Under the pieces are notes generated by a model. It saw only the letters and a list, made by a program, of their open reading frames with translations, did no database searches and was not told the origin of the DNA. Made by a program: the position numbers and the translations under genes. A stretch of 62,881 nucleotides of DNA, the filler included, from Octopus bimaculoides (lineage: Eukaryota): assembly GCF_001194135.2 (NCBI RefSeq). It is 7 parts of 7 records of this genome, joined end to end, with 100 filler letters (N's around TTAATTAATTAA, not from the genome) between each part and the next. Parts side by side here need not be neighbours in the genome. Positions count along the whole stretch, not along the records: positions 35,392 to 49,609 come from NC_069003.1; positions 49,710 to 54,822 come from NC_069002.1; 5 more parts are not named here. One strand, given 5' to 3'. Shown piece by piece: positions 36,600 to 49,985 of this stretch; positions within the stretch are counted from its first letter, which is position 1; each line of letters starts with the position of its first letter.

Positions 36600-36863
36600 A
36601 TCTCAGGTCATAAAAAGTAGTGGGGGAGCATCATAGATGTCTGATGAGAGCAATTCTTTGGGGTTTGAATATTTCACCTTTGGAAATGCGGGTGTTTCAT
36701 TCATCATCCTTAAACAACCCATTTTCAGGGACCTTTTGAGTGAGATGGGCTCTTGACCTGAAGAAAATTCTAACTGGGCCCTACTTGCAAGATCGTGTAC
36801 TGCTTACCTTAATATGAGGTCACCATATCATACACAAACACATCCATCCATCCATACATATAT

Positions 36864-36911
<48 letters not shown>

Positions 36912-37040
36912 TACATACATACATACATGGTGTGATACATGTGCTTAGTGTACCTGTATCAGGTGGGTATCTTGGGCTTTGTATATTTATAACCCAGTGT
37001 CATTTTGATGGCATACGTTGTTCTCTCATTCAATAATCAT
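36600..37040 (+). mobile_element. Interspersed repeat with (AAT)n tail, interrupted by a microsatellite; family unresolved
   Basis: More GC-rich segment ending ctctcattcaataatcataataat; looks like a LINE 3' UTR (inference). Confidence 0.4.
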
Positions 37041-37044
37041 AATA

Positions 37045-37515
37045 ATGATTGTTTCAAATTTTGGCACAAGGCCTGCAATTTTAGGGGGAGAAGTTTAGTT
37101 GATTAGATTGGCCCAAGCACTTGACTGGTACTTTATTTTATCAACCCTGAAAAGATGAAAGATAAAGTTGATTTCTAGAATGTGCTAACGATTCTGCCAG
37201 GTTGCTGCCTTCTTAACGATAATAAGTATTGTTGAATAAAAATAATAACAATTTCTTACAAATTTAATAATTAACAATAACATTAATAATGATAATACTA
37301 ATTCCTTCTACTGTAGACACAAGGCCTGAAATGTTGAGGGGAGGCAGGCAGTCAATTACACTGACCCCAGTGTTCAGCTGGTACTTATTTCATTGATCCC
37401 GAAAGGATGAAAGACAAAGACTCTATAGGATTTGAACTCAGAACATAAAGATCTAGAAGAAATGCTGCTAAATATTTTGTCCAAGAGGCTAACAATTCTG
37501 CCAGCCTGCTGTCTT
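37045..37515 (-). mobile_element. Two CpG-decayed Meta/MESC-like SINEs
   Basis: actggtactttattttatcaaccctgaaaagatgaaag and gatcccgaaaggatgaaag cores. Confidence 0.8.
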
Positions 37516-37749
37516 AAATACTGTTGAATAAAAGTAATAGTTTCTTACAAATTTAATAAAAATTAACAATAACATTAGTAATGACAACAACGACAACAGA
37601 AGTTTAATAACTGCAAATTATGATACAAAGCAAGGTTAATTTTGCAATTCTTTGAGTTGAAGTCAAATCAAATGTGATTCTGAAAATAAGTGTAAGAAAA
37701 TTGCAAAACATAAAAACTGAAAAAAAGGTGAAGAATTTTTGATAATCAT

Positions 37750-37789
37750 GCACTACATGTATACGTATATGTGTGTATGGGTGTGTGTG

Positions 37790-37832
<43 letters not shown>

Positions 37833-38158
37833 ATANNNNNNNNNNAGATATAATATGTATATAAACCAACACAAATATACACAAACACATCCATCCATCC
37901 ATACATATATGTATGTGTGCGTGTATGTATACACATGCTGAAAATCAATGTTTTCATGCAGACAACGCATGGCATGTCCATAGGTAATTACTGTTACAGA
38001 CAAGAACTAATGAAAATCAACAACTAGCAACAACATGCAACCCAATATGTACATACCAAATTTATTATCATGCAACAGCCACACAGACACACACAGTGTG
38101 TGTGTGTATATATATGTATGTATATGTATGTTTATATCTATATATATATACATATATA

Positions 38159-38195
<37 letters not shown>

Positions 38196-38329
38196 NNNNN
38201 NNNNNNNNNNNNNNNNNNNNNNNNNNNNNNNNNNNNNNNNNNNNNNNNNNNNNNNNNNNNNNNNNNNNNNNNNNNNNNNNNNNNNNNNNNNNNNNNNNNN
38301 NNNNNNNNNNNNNNNNNNNNNNNNNNNNN

Positions 38330-38376
<47 letters not shown>

Positions 38377-38390
38377 GGTGTGTGTGTGTG
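37750..38390. repeat. (TG)n, (TA)n, (GATA)n microsatellites around gaps
   Basis: Direct reading. Confidence 0.85.
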
Positions 38391-39204
38391 TTGGAAGAGG
38401 TGATCAACTATAGCCACACACAGACCAATGACACTGATAACTATGGATAAGGGGAAGTTAAAAGATTTATATGGAATAGTGCCATGTGATTACTCAGTAG
38501 TGTTGGGTTTATGTAAAGTAACATTATGTAATTATAGTACTGTTGAATTTAGATAGAGTAGTACTGTGTGATTATATAGTTTTGTTGAATGCATGTAGAA
38601 TAGTCCTATCTAAATTAATTTTGATGAATTATACTTCCTTCCAGCTATTTCATTCCACTAAAATTGATGACAAGGTCCCCATTTTGTAGTTGTGGAACAT
38701 TTTGTATTAATGAAAGAAATCCTATTTTGCTGATCACACCTGCCATTGTAAGAAAAAACAAAGTTCCCCAAAATATTTAAAAGAAATATTGATTTCAAAA
38801 TTTGACACAAGGCTAGTAATTTGGGGGCTTAATTGGTGCTTATTTTATTGACCCCGAAAGGATGAAAGGCAAAGTTGACTTTGGTAGATTTTGAACCCAG
38901 AATGTGAAAAAAAAAAAAAAAAAATTAAATACTACACACAGATATAATGCATACATTCTTGTTTATTCATATTCTAAAGATTGAGAGTATTTTTTCATTA
39001 CATTTCAATCATGTTTAAAGCTTATCAGAGTCACAAATGTAGATAGAGATACAAACAGACTGATAGTATACTAGTAAGTGGCATAGCCAAAGGCATAAGC
39101 AGATGCTAACATGGCATCGGTGTGTTGGTTCAACATATAAGTTTGAACACTGTGTGTGCATGTGTATGAATTTATAAAGAATTTGGATTGTATTAATATC
39201 AACA

Positions 39205-39425
39205 TAGACTAAGCCAGTAAGCTGGTTGAATTGTTAGCACACTGGGCAAAATGCTTAACAGCACTTCGTTCACGTTTATATTCTAAGTTCAAAATCTGCC
39301 AAGGTTGACTTTGCCTTTCATCCTTTTGGGGTTGATAAAATAAGTACCAGCTGATCACTAGGGTTGATAATCAACTTGCTTCCTCCTTCAAAATTGATGG
39401 CCTTGTGCCAAAATTTGAAACCAGC
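39205..39425 (+). mobile_element. CpG-decayed Meta/MESC-like SINE
   Basis: aaggttgactttgcctttcatccttttggggttgataaaataagtacc. Confidence 0.85.
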
Positions 39426-40242
39426 ATCATCATAGACTGAAAATTACTAAATTACTGAAGTTTAACACAGCCATGTATATATGCTCTTTTATAGAGGTTG
39501 ACAACAAGTGGTTCACTGGGATGTTGTTCTCAGTGGGCCTTGGAGACCTTTATGAAAAATTCTCCAAATTTTATGTATTTGTTGGTCATTGAGTTGGCTT
39601 TGAGATAGTGTTTTGTGTCACAATTTGTTTTATTAGTAATTTTTGCTTATATAAACATTACTGGAGATGGAAATGGAGGGGGTATGTGTAGCAGGGGATG
39701 TTTTAATATGTAAGGTATGATATGATACATGTATTGTCCATAGGCAAGTGTAAAAAAAAAAGGTCAAAAGTGATCAATGACAAAACAGAAGCAGCTGATC
39801 CCTGATCTTTCAGATACACACACACACACACACACACTCTTACTGAATACTTATTTTCATATACACACATACACAAATTTTCAGATACACACACNNNNNN
39901 NNNNTATTTTCATATACACACATACACAAATTTTCAGATACACACACACACACACACACACACTCTTACTGAATACTTATTTTCATATACATACATGCAG
40001 GCTATTTCACATATACATTCACACTCTTACAAATTGTGTCTTCATTTTCACACACACAGACACATCCATACAGACACACACACACTTTGTAATAATTAAA
40101 ACATTTGATTGAGTACAAATATTAAAATCAAGAGTAGAAATTTGCTAATTGTAACATTTATACCTTTATCAGTGCAGGAAAATCTTTGAATTCTTGAATA
40201 CCTTTTCACTTTTTACTAACAGATGGCCCTATGTGTGCATAA

Positions 40243-40283
<41 letters not shown>

Positions 40284-40394
40284 CGTATACATGGAGGTTA
40301 TTTAAAACCTAGTTTAAGGTTAACAGCAGGACATTAACTGATGGGTTGGAGCTCAACACACTGAGTAGAGTCAAATTTATTACAGTAATAATTG

Positions 40395-40805
40395 TTTCTA
40401 ATTTAGATAGAAGGCTAATAATTCTGAGGGGAGGGAGTTAGTCAACATCATTGGCCTCAGTGCCTGGCTGATACTTTATGGATCCTGGAGAGGTGAAAGG
40501 CAAAACTGACCATGGTAGATTTTAAACTCAGAATGTAAAGAGCCAGAACAAACAATACAAGGCCTTTCATCTGGACACTGTAATGATTCTTCCAATTATT
40601 ATTGTTATTAAGGTGGTAAGCTGGCAGAATCATTAACACACTGGGAAAAATGCTTAGTTCTGAGTTCAAATTCCGCTGAGGTTGACTTTGCCTTTCATCC
40701 TTTCAGGTTCGATAAATTAAGTACCAGTCAAGTACTGGTGTTGATGTAATCAACACATCCCCTCCCCCAAAATGGTTGCCCTTGTGGCAAAATTTAAAAC
40801 CATTA
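40395..40805. mobile_element. Head-to-head pair of CpG-decayed Meta/MESC-like SINEs
   Basis: Minus copy ~40395-40560, plus copy ~40610-40805. Confidence 0.75.
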
Positions 40806-41646
40806 TTATTATTATTATTATTGAAGTCAATGACCCAGCAGAAACTATTCATATAAACCCTGTGTACAAAGACCACTGATTAAAAGTATACCAGCTTTTA
40901 ACCAGAGGTATAGTTTCATATACCCAGGACTATACAATCCAATGTGCCTTTCCATTTTAAAGATAATTAGGTGCAATTTGTAGGCCTGTCTTTTCCCCAA
41001 CAGTGCACAGTGTACCTAATACTACAGTATCCAATGTGTCCTTCCTCATTGACAGGGTGTAATTCGAGGGAAATTTGGTTATCATTTCTAGCAGATAGAC
41101 TGTGTTGAGGCACTTTCACTGAATAGTGATGCTGTTGATATTGTTGTTGTTTAGCTCCAGGTCAGAGCTGACTAACCACAATCATGATCAAATGCATACC
41201 ATCCATGCCCATCCAGTCTTTTATAAAGAAATAGTTTTAACCAAACTAGACTGCAAAGTATCCTTTCTTTTATTTTTCTTCAGTTATTTTCTAGACACAA
41301 AAGAGTATGAAATTAAGGAGACTTCTTCTAAACATTTCTAGCAAATTGACCAACCACACAGAGTTCCCTTTATTGAATTATGATCTGACTGGAAATAGAA
41401 ATGTATAGAATTCTTAAAGTTACTTTGCTGCTTGTGTAGTTTAATCTTTTATCTCTAATGTGATGGTAATGGAATCGGATATGAGAAAAAAAGAGTATGT
41501 ATGTGTGTTTCTTTACACCTGCCTGTCTGTCTGTATGCATGTATGCATGTGTGCTTGTGTGTCTGCTTTCATTATTATCTCCTGATCTACATAAAATGTC
41601 TCTTACTTTCTACCCCACCACCTTATACTATACGCACACGCTCATA

Positions 41647-41677
<31 letters not shown>

Positions 41678-41819
41678 ATGTATATCATTCTGAAATTGCT
41701 TTCAGCACATAACATTCTGAATAATAATAATATATGACTAAATTTGTAATTTCAATAAACGATACTGTTTATGTAGCTTGTAAGTTTATGTGATGATATG
41801 AATATATAAGCATATGTCT

Positions 41820-42048
41820 GCAAGTGAATGTATATTATATATATACCCACACTATATACACACAGACATATATATATATATATATATATATATACATGCA
41901 TTTCTATACATATATACATATATCATCATCGTTATATGATGATGTATATGTATGTATATATATGTATGTATGAATATATATATATACACACACACACTCA
42001 CAAACACATATATATACATATAAAATGATTCATCATTATTATATGATG

Positions 42049-42106
<58 letters not shown>

Positions 42107-42217
42107 GCATACATACATACATAATGCATGTATATCTGTGTGTATGAACACACAAATTTTCATGTTCAGTCTCCATCACCATTACAACCATCAACAACAA
42201 ATTCAACAAGCAATAAG

Positions 42218-42293
<76 letters not shown>

Positions 42294-42295
42294 CA
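41820..42295. repeat. (TA)n/(TG)n/(CT)n compound microsatellites
   Basis: Direct reading. Confidence 0.9.
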
Positions 42296-44214
42296 CTCTC
42301 CCCATTCACCAAAGTATTTTAAAATGCCACAAGAAAGTGGATTTGAAATAGGAATTGGTAAAATCAGACAGAAATGGACCGAAATATTTAAAGGAAGTCA
42401 AGTAAACAGTGTCGCTATTAACTTACAGAACACAGATATTCTTTATCGATCACACACTAAACAGGAGAATTGCTTTATTGATCAGAGTCAGTAGTGCTAG
42501 AGGATGACTGACCAAGTCTATGTTTAGTTAGAAGGGTTGGCACACCAATTAAGAACCTGTACATGACCTTGATGAGGTGATTGGATAGATGGATGGTCTG
42601 GTGTATAGGTCAATAGGAAGATGGGGTACAGGTGGATAGGGTGAAAATTTTTGCAGGCATTGATCTTCCTCATCTCAGTTCATCTTTTGTGTTTCCTGCA
42701 GTGGTTGTGAGTCATCATAATTGTTGTTGTTGTCAAAGATGATGATAATTATGATTAAGATGATAATTATGATTAAGATGAGAATAATGGTGATGATAAT
42801 GATGATTATTATAATGATTGTGATTATTGTAACAATGGGGATGATTAAGGTGAGAAGAGGGCAAGAAGAAACAGCAACAGCAGCTACCATTATTGATGTC
42901 ATTGATGAAGGACTGGTGTTGATATTACAGAGACATGTGATATTTTGATACTGAATATAGAACCGAAGATGATGAGGTCATTCAATTTCTGTTAGGCTTT
43001 TTGCAGGTCATGTTATATTTGTGAGCCAGTCAACATCTGCAGGATAAGAAATGAGCAGGAAGGGATTTTGAGAGGGATGATGTTCCAGGAAGGATTATTT
43101 GGCATAGTGGTTGATTATCATTGTACCTAGTAGTGAGGGTGGTGGAAAGGACATAACACAGGAGATGAGAGAAGGAGAAATGAATGGATTAGGAGTACCT
43201 GAGCCACATTTGAGGAACAGAGATCATTACAGTAGTGATAAAATAGGCAGAAAGAGGAGACAGCATCCCTGTGGGCCAGAGGTTGAAATGTGTCTGTGTG
43301 TGATTTTTATATGAATGAGTCAGGTAACCCTTTTCCTGGATGTGGCCTATGCTGATTGTGTGATGATGATATTGTTGTCGATGCTGGATCTCATTGTTGT
43401 TTAGACCTCAATCAACCCATAATAATATATTTATAGAATAAAGTCATGAAAAGTATCATTAATGACCTTAATCAGAGGAGGAAAAGCAAGTAAAATGTCA
43501 CCTCTTTTAGGGGTTTTGAGACCAGAAGAGTAAAAGGGAGGAAGATATTGATGTCCACGCAGTACAGAACTGGTCTGAACACTCATAACAATGTGGACTG
43601 TGTTGAATAAACCTAAACAGCTAAAAGGTGACATTAAAACTGAGTGACAGAAAAAGTTAGAAAAATTAGTTGGGTGAGAGAAGAATGAATTAAGATGGAA
43701 TCAAAATACTTCCAGAATAAACTGGAAGGGTAAGACTCAATATAGTTGCCTGACCGTCTAGAAATCTCCCTAAAATCCATGTTTTGTCTTAACTATCAAT
43801 CAGTCAGTCAGTCATGAAACATATACATATCATACTTTGTTTACATTTCTTTACAAGGAAGGGAGGAACTCTCTAATGTGTGAGAGAAAATTCTAACCCC
43901 TTCTATCATTTGTTTTTGTTCTGAATGGAATCATTACAAGACTTGGATTTTGTCGCTTAAAAAATTTTCAGCAAAATGTTCAATAAAGAAGGAATATTTT
44001 AGACAATATAATGTAGTCACTGATATGTGGAAAATGGGATGGTCATGGCTGGAATATCTTTAACCTAAAGACTTAGTAATAAGAAAGAAGGCAGAATCCA
44101 CAACCTTTTCCTAAAGCATCTGGGAAATGCTAAAAAGCACCCAAGCACAACGTGATGATTAAGACTCTCACCTCCAAAATAAGTACAATCCTTCTGAAAG
44201 GCTACACACTTCCC

Positions 44215-44365
44215 ATCTCCTGAATTCCACTAGCAAGACTTTGGTCAATCCAACTGTATGTTACAGTAGAAGACGCTTGTCCCAAGATACTGTGCAGTGG
44301 GATTGAAATCAAACCCAAAACTATGCAGTTGCAAACTGAATGTTTTAACCATACAGCCTAAGACT
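44215..44365 (-). mobile_element. SINE family A head, CpG-decayed
   Basis: agtagaagacgcttgtcccaagatactgtgcagtgggattgaa; a similar relic lies at ~45065-45180. Confidence 0.65.
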
Positions 44366-44464
44366 ATTTAACAACAACAATCATTTCACAAGACTGGCTC
44401 TTAATACTGAGCAAGCAGAGAAAGTATCTAAGAACTGTTAGGCCTTTATTGTTTTCTAATAGTG

Positions 44465-44725
44465 CTGGTGACATGTGAAAGACACCCATACAAGTGACAT
44501 GTAAAGGCACCCATGCCAGTGATATGTAAAAGGTACCCATACTGGTGACACAAAAAAGAGATCCATGCCAAAGACACCTAGTACATTCCATAGAGTGGTT
44601 GGCGTTAGGAAGTGCATCCAGCTGTAGAAACCAAGCCAAAACAGACAACTGGAGCTTGGTGCAGCTCTCTGGCTTACTAGTCTTGGTCAAACTGTCTCAC
44701 CCATGCCAGCATGGAAAATGGACAT
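44465..44725 (+). mobile_element. RTE-tailed nonautonomous retroelement, CpG-decayed
   Basis: gagtggttggcgttaggaagtgcatccagctgtagaaa and acccatgccagcatggaaaatggacattaaatga, as at 20442-21089. Confidence 0.75.
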
Positions 44726-45859
44726 TAAATGAAGATGATGTTGAATAGTGTTTCATATCAAATTTAAATATTTTCATTGTTTAACCAGAGGAAGAAGGGA
44801 AGTACTTATGGCCTTTTTGTAGAGTTCTGAAGGTTGGTTGTGAGGGAAGAAAAGAAGTCATCACCTCTCAGCGGTTATTATAGTAAGAAATGGCACATGA
44901 TGGAATCAATTTATCCTTAAACCACTGACCTGGTCTGAATGCTTACAACAGAGTGGACTATACTGAAGGTATATGAATGCCAGATGGTGGTGTTGCTAAT
45001 CTGGGCAATGGAAGAAGTCAACTACTTAACAACATGTACAATTCATTTGAGAAGTCCTGTACAGTTTCCACTCACAAAGTTTGATTCAACCTGAAACTAT
45101 GGCAGAAAACTGTCCTTGTGTGCTATGCAGTGGGGCTGAACTTAGAATCACATGATTGTGAAATGAACTTCTTAATCATATAAATATACCTTAATAAACA
45201 TAGTAGTAAAAACAAATTTAAAAAATGCAAACTAAAAAAATGAAAAGAAAAAGAAAAATTAATGAAAAATAAATGGAAAAAAAATAAAAGAAATAAAATT
45301 AAAAAACATAAATGAAAAATAAAATAAAATTATTTTGTGTGAATTTCTAAGATGAGGAATTACCATTATTGTACGTACATATATTTGGGACAAGTGTATT
45401 TTTATTTTGGTTGTCATAACAACAAAAGTTTCAGCCATAGTACTGTCTGACCATATTCAAGTACCTGTTATTTTTGGCAATGTTCTCAAAATTTTGAACC
45501 AATTATTCAATCCAAGGGGCAGGGGGTGTATCCCCCCCCCCCCCATTGATTGACTAACGGTTTCACTTTGTAATTTTGAGAATTTATTAAATACAAGCAG
45601 CTCAAGAAGCTTGGATGGTACACTGAAACTTTGTGACTGTCTCAATCAAGAAATTGAAACTAGTTGAGAACTATCAATGTAAAATAAACACCCCTAATGA
45701 TTCAATTGAAGTGAAATTAAATAATGTAAACATTTAAAATAGTTGACTTTAAAAAAATTGCAACCAAAAAGAAAAAAAAACGTCATATCTTTTGTGAATT
45801 GATCAACAAATGAAAGAAGAAAAAATTTTTCAGAAATTTCTGGTAGTTTTCTAATAAGA

Positions 45860-46599
45860 ATTTCTAATTTTGGCACAAGAGCTAGTTGACTCATCAACCC
45901 CAATATTTGACTGGTACTTTATTTTATCAATCCTGAAAGATGAAGGGCAATGTTGATTTTGGTGTGAATTGGACTCAGAACATAAAGAGCTAAAATAAAA
46001 ATAATAATAATGATGATTTTCAATTTTGGCACAAGGTCAGCAATTTTAGAGGACAGATACTTAATTACATTGACCTCAGTACTTGACTGGTACTTTATTT
46101 TATCAATACTGAAAGGATGAAAGGCAAAGTTAACTTTGCAGGTATTTGAACTCAGAACATAAAGATGTAAAAGGAATGCCAGTGAACACTTTTTGTTTGA
46201 TTCTGCTAGCTCATTGCCATAATAATAATAATAGTCAAAACAATAAATCATGCCAAAGTCAACTATGACTTTCACCCTTTCAGGATCAATGAAATACAAT
46301 ACCAGTTAATTACTGGTACTTAACTGGTATCAACTAAATCTCTTCTTCTTGTGCTTAAATCAGGAGTCATTATTAGTATTATTATTAAGGTGGTGAGCTG
46401 GCAGAACTGTTAACATGTCAGACAAAATACTTAATGACATTTTGACCAGCTCTGTGTTCTGGGTTCAAATTCCTCTGAAGTTGACTTTGCCTTGCATCCT
46501 TTCAGAATTGATAAAATGAGTACCAATTGAGGGGTGGGGTCAATGTAATCAACTTACCTCCTCAACTGAACTTACCAGCCTTGTGCCAAAATTTGAAAC

Positions 46600-46610
<11 letters not shown>
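45860..46610. mobile_element. Cluster of four CpG-decayed Meta/MESC-like SINEs (two minus, two plus)
   Basis: Repeated actggtactttattttatcaa (minus) and gttgactttgcc...gataaaatgagtacc (plus) cores. Confidence 0.8.
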
Positions 46611-46633
<23 letters not shown>

Positions 46634-48496
46634 TTGTCTGCTGAATTGTCAAACCTGATTGCCTAATGTTCAAAGAAAAAAGGAAAAAAGAAGATGCAAA
46701 GAAGAAAGAAGTTAAATGGAGAAAAAAAAAGAAAAAAATTAAAACAATTTTTTTCCATTCATTAAGTTAAAGGAAAGAATATTAGACCCACCCCACCATC
46801 AAATTGTGTTTCACTGCATTGCGATCTGATATTGTGTTGTGTTGTATCATGCTATACTCTGCTGTACAAGTGTTTCATTTCTGTGTTATTGAATATCACC
46901 AATTTCCAGGTGATTTTTGTTTACAGCTCTGACCAGGGTGGTGGGTGGGGTGGTGTAGAAGGTGTGAGTAAAAGGAAGAAGTAAAAATTCTTAAAGATGC
47001 AAAAAAAACCCCAAAAAACAAACAAACAAAAATAAGTAAAAATAAATAGATGAAAAATTCTTTTAAATACCATGCAGAATTAAAGAACAAAAAATTGGTA
47101 GCAAAAGAAGGATCATACTGAGAAAAAAAAAAAAAAGATCATTATCATTACTATTATTATTTTTGCTTGGTTTCTAAGATTGGATAACATGCCAAAAATC
47201 TTTCCAGCAAAATTATCAACTCACTTTAAGAAAANNNNNNNNNNNNNNNNNNNNNNNNNNNNNNNNNNNNNNNNNNNNNNNNNNNNNNNNNNNNNNNNNN
47301 NNNNNNNNNNNNNNNNNNNNNNNNNNNNNNNNNNNNNNNNNNNNNNNNNNNNNNNNNNNNNNNNNNNNNNNNNNNNNNNNNNNNNNNNNNNNNNNNNNNN
47401 NNNNNNNNNNNNNNTATATATATATATATATATATCTATATATATCAGATTTCTCTCAAGTTCTTTCAAGGTGGGGTGTATTTAATTCTTCTTCTTCATA
47501 TATATATATATTTTTTTGTTTTTTCATTTAATGTATATCATTTTTTCCAATCTGAATTTTTTGATTTTTTTTTTTTTCGTTTTTATAGTTGTTCTTGTTG
47601 TCCCCCACATACCATAAAAAATGACAGGAAATCATTTATATAGAAAAACAGCCAATCATTTCCTTTTGTAAAGCCACTGAATGTTGGTAATATGGTGTAA
47701 TATCATTTCTGTAAAGTGCAAGAGAAGTGGGGATAGAAATCAAAATTTAATTATAATTGCTAATAATCAATTAATATTATTTACAAAGACATCTAAAATT
47801 TACATCAATCGTCAATCTTTCTCTGGCTCTCTCTCATTTTTCTCCCCTTCATATTTATCTTGTTGGTATTGTTGTTCCACCTCACATCATCCCTAAATCA
47901 GAACTATGGTGAAAAGACATTCCTGCCATGATCATTCCATCTTTTTTTCCCCGATATAATGTATTCAGGATCACATTATCCCAAATGACCTTTATTTTTA
48001 AGATGTAATGTGTGCTATGAGAGAGATTAGGTTGTTAATTACAGCAGGTCAAGTAATGATAGAGGAGGTCAGTAATTAGCTCATAACTATGATAATTATT
48101 GAGAACTATATCATTCCATGTGCTTTTTTTTCTTTTTAAGATGTTAGAGTATGATTTGAGGTAAATTTGGCTGCTACTTTTAGCAGTTTGAGCCACTGCG
48201 TAGAGGCAGTTTGACTGTACTTATAGTTTGTATCTCACAACATTTTATGTGTAATAGCATGTGCGTGAATAGTTGCTAATCTAGTTCTTGAGCAAAACAC
48301 TTCATTTCACGATGCTCCATTCTACTCAGCTGGCAAAATTGAGTAATCCTGCAACAGACCAGTGTCTCATCTGGAGAGGAATATATACATCAGAGAAACT
48401 GGCCCTAAGCTCCTTATGGAGTAATGTAGACTAACCACGTTTCATGTTCAGATATTACAACAATCAATTAGGTTTGAATAGCAGTGAAGTGTACTA

Positions 48497-48542
<46 letters not shown>

Positions 48543-49561
48543 ATGTATATATATATAAAGAGTTTATGACAAACTTAGATTTCAATCTAGGCTCTAGTAA
48601 CAAGTGAAGACCTGCTGTTCAATGGGAAAGTACTCATAGGTAGATGTTTTGCATGTATGCATATGTGTATAAGTTGCTATAATGTAGACCTTTCTTTTTT
48701 AAGTGATCATGGTATGGTGGTGGGTGGAAGCAACTGAAAATATAAATGAAAAGAAAAGAAAAAAAAACAAAAGAAAAAAAAGAAAAGAAAAAATAGGGTA
48801 AACAGAAAGTGGGGATCAAAAGGCCTCTGACTTCAAATATTAAAAAATGAAACTTAAAATAAAAAAAGGTGTAAATTGGAAGGCAAAGTCAAGTAGCAAT
48901 TGATGTTGCACCAGAATGAATTCAATTGATTTTTGTGAAAATATTGATACAATATTTTTTTGACAGATTAATTTTTGAAATATATTGAGTGAAAAAAGTT
49001 TACTGCAATAATATTTTGTTTGTTAATCCATATGAGGATAGATGGCTATCACATTCACATCATTGATGGGTTTCAGGAGTTAAACAGCATACATGAGAGT
49101 GGCTGACAAGTCCAAGACAAGAATTTGGTAGAATATTGATGCATGTGTGTGGTGTGGTAGTTATAGATGTGTATGTATATTACTGTGTCTATGTGTACGC
49201 ATATATATATATATAGACATCAGTCATTCAACACACAAGAATATTCATTATCATAGCCAAGAAAATTACATGCATCACAAAATATAAAGAAGTTGACCTT
49301 GTTTATACATACATATGTATATATGTACACATGTATGTATGTACATATATATGTATGTATGCACATATGTATGCACACACACACACATACATATATATAT
49401 AAACAGAAACATAAATTGCAAGCTGCAGTGCTTATCTCAATAATGTGAACATGTGTGTATACATTTACATACATATATAAGGATATGAATGTGTATGTGT
49501 GCACGCCTTGTTTATAAACACATGTATATAATATGTACACATGTTTATAAATATGCATACA

Positions 49562-49609
<48 letters not shown>

Positions 49610-49715
49610 NNNNNNNNNNNNNNNNNNNNNNNNNNNNNNNNNNNNNNNNNNNNTTAATTAATTAANNNNNNNNNNNNNNNNNNNNNNNNNNNNNNNNNNN
49701 NNNNNNNNNAAAGAA

Positions 49716-49718
49716 ATG

Positions 49719-49774
<56 letters not shown>

Positions 49775-49775
49775 C

Positions 49776-49832
<57 letters not shown>

Positions 49833-49985
49833 CCTATCTATCTATCTATCTTTCCATCTATCTATCTGTCTGTCTGTTGTCCGTCCGTCTGTCCGTTGTC
49901 TGTCCGTCCGTCTGTCTGTCCGCCTGTCCGTCCGTCTGTCCGTCCATCTGTCTGTCTGTCCATCTGTCTCTCTGTCTGTCTATTT
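49716..49985. repeat. (TATC)n grading into (GTCT)n/(GTCC)n
   Basis: Direct reading. Confidence 0.9.

Noticed and set aside
39490-39600. Candidate exon VDNKWFTGMLFSVGLGDLYEKF in the CpG-poor block
   Set aside because: The acceptor is plausible but the donor is weak, and I recognise no homolog.
39811-39995. ~85-bp tandem unit around a 10-N gap
   Set aside because: Cannot be distinguished from a contig overlap with variable (CA)n.
42490-43640. Purine-rich stretch possibly a decayed LINE or coding exons
   Set aside because: No frame gave a recognisable motif.
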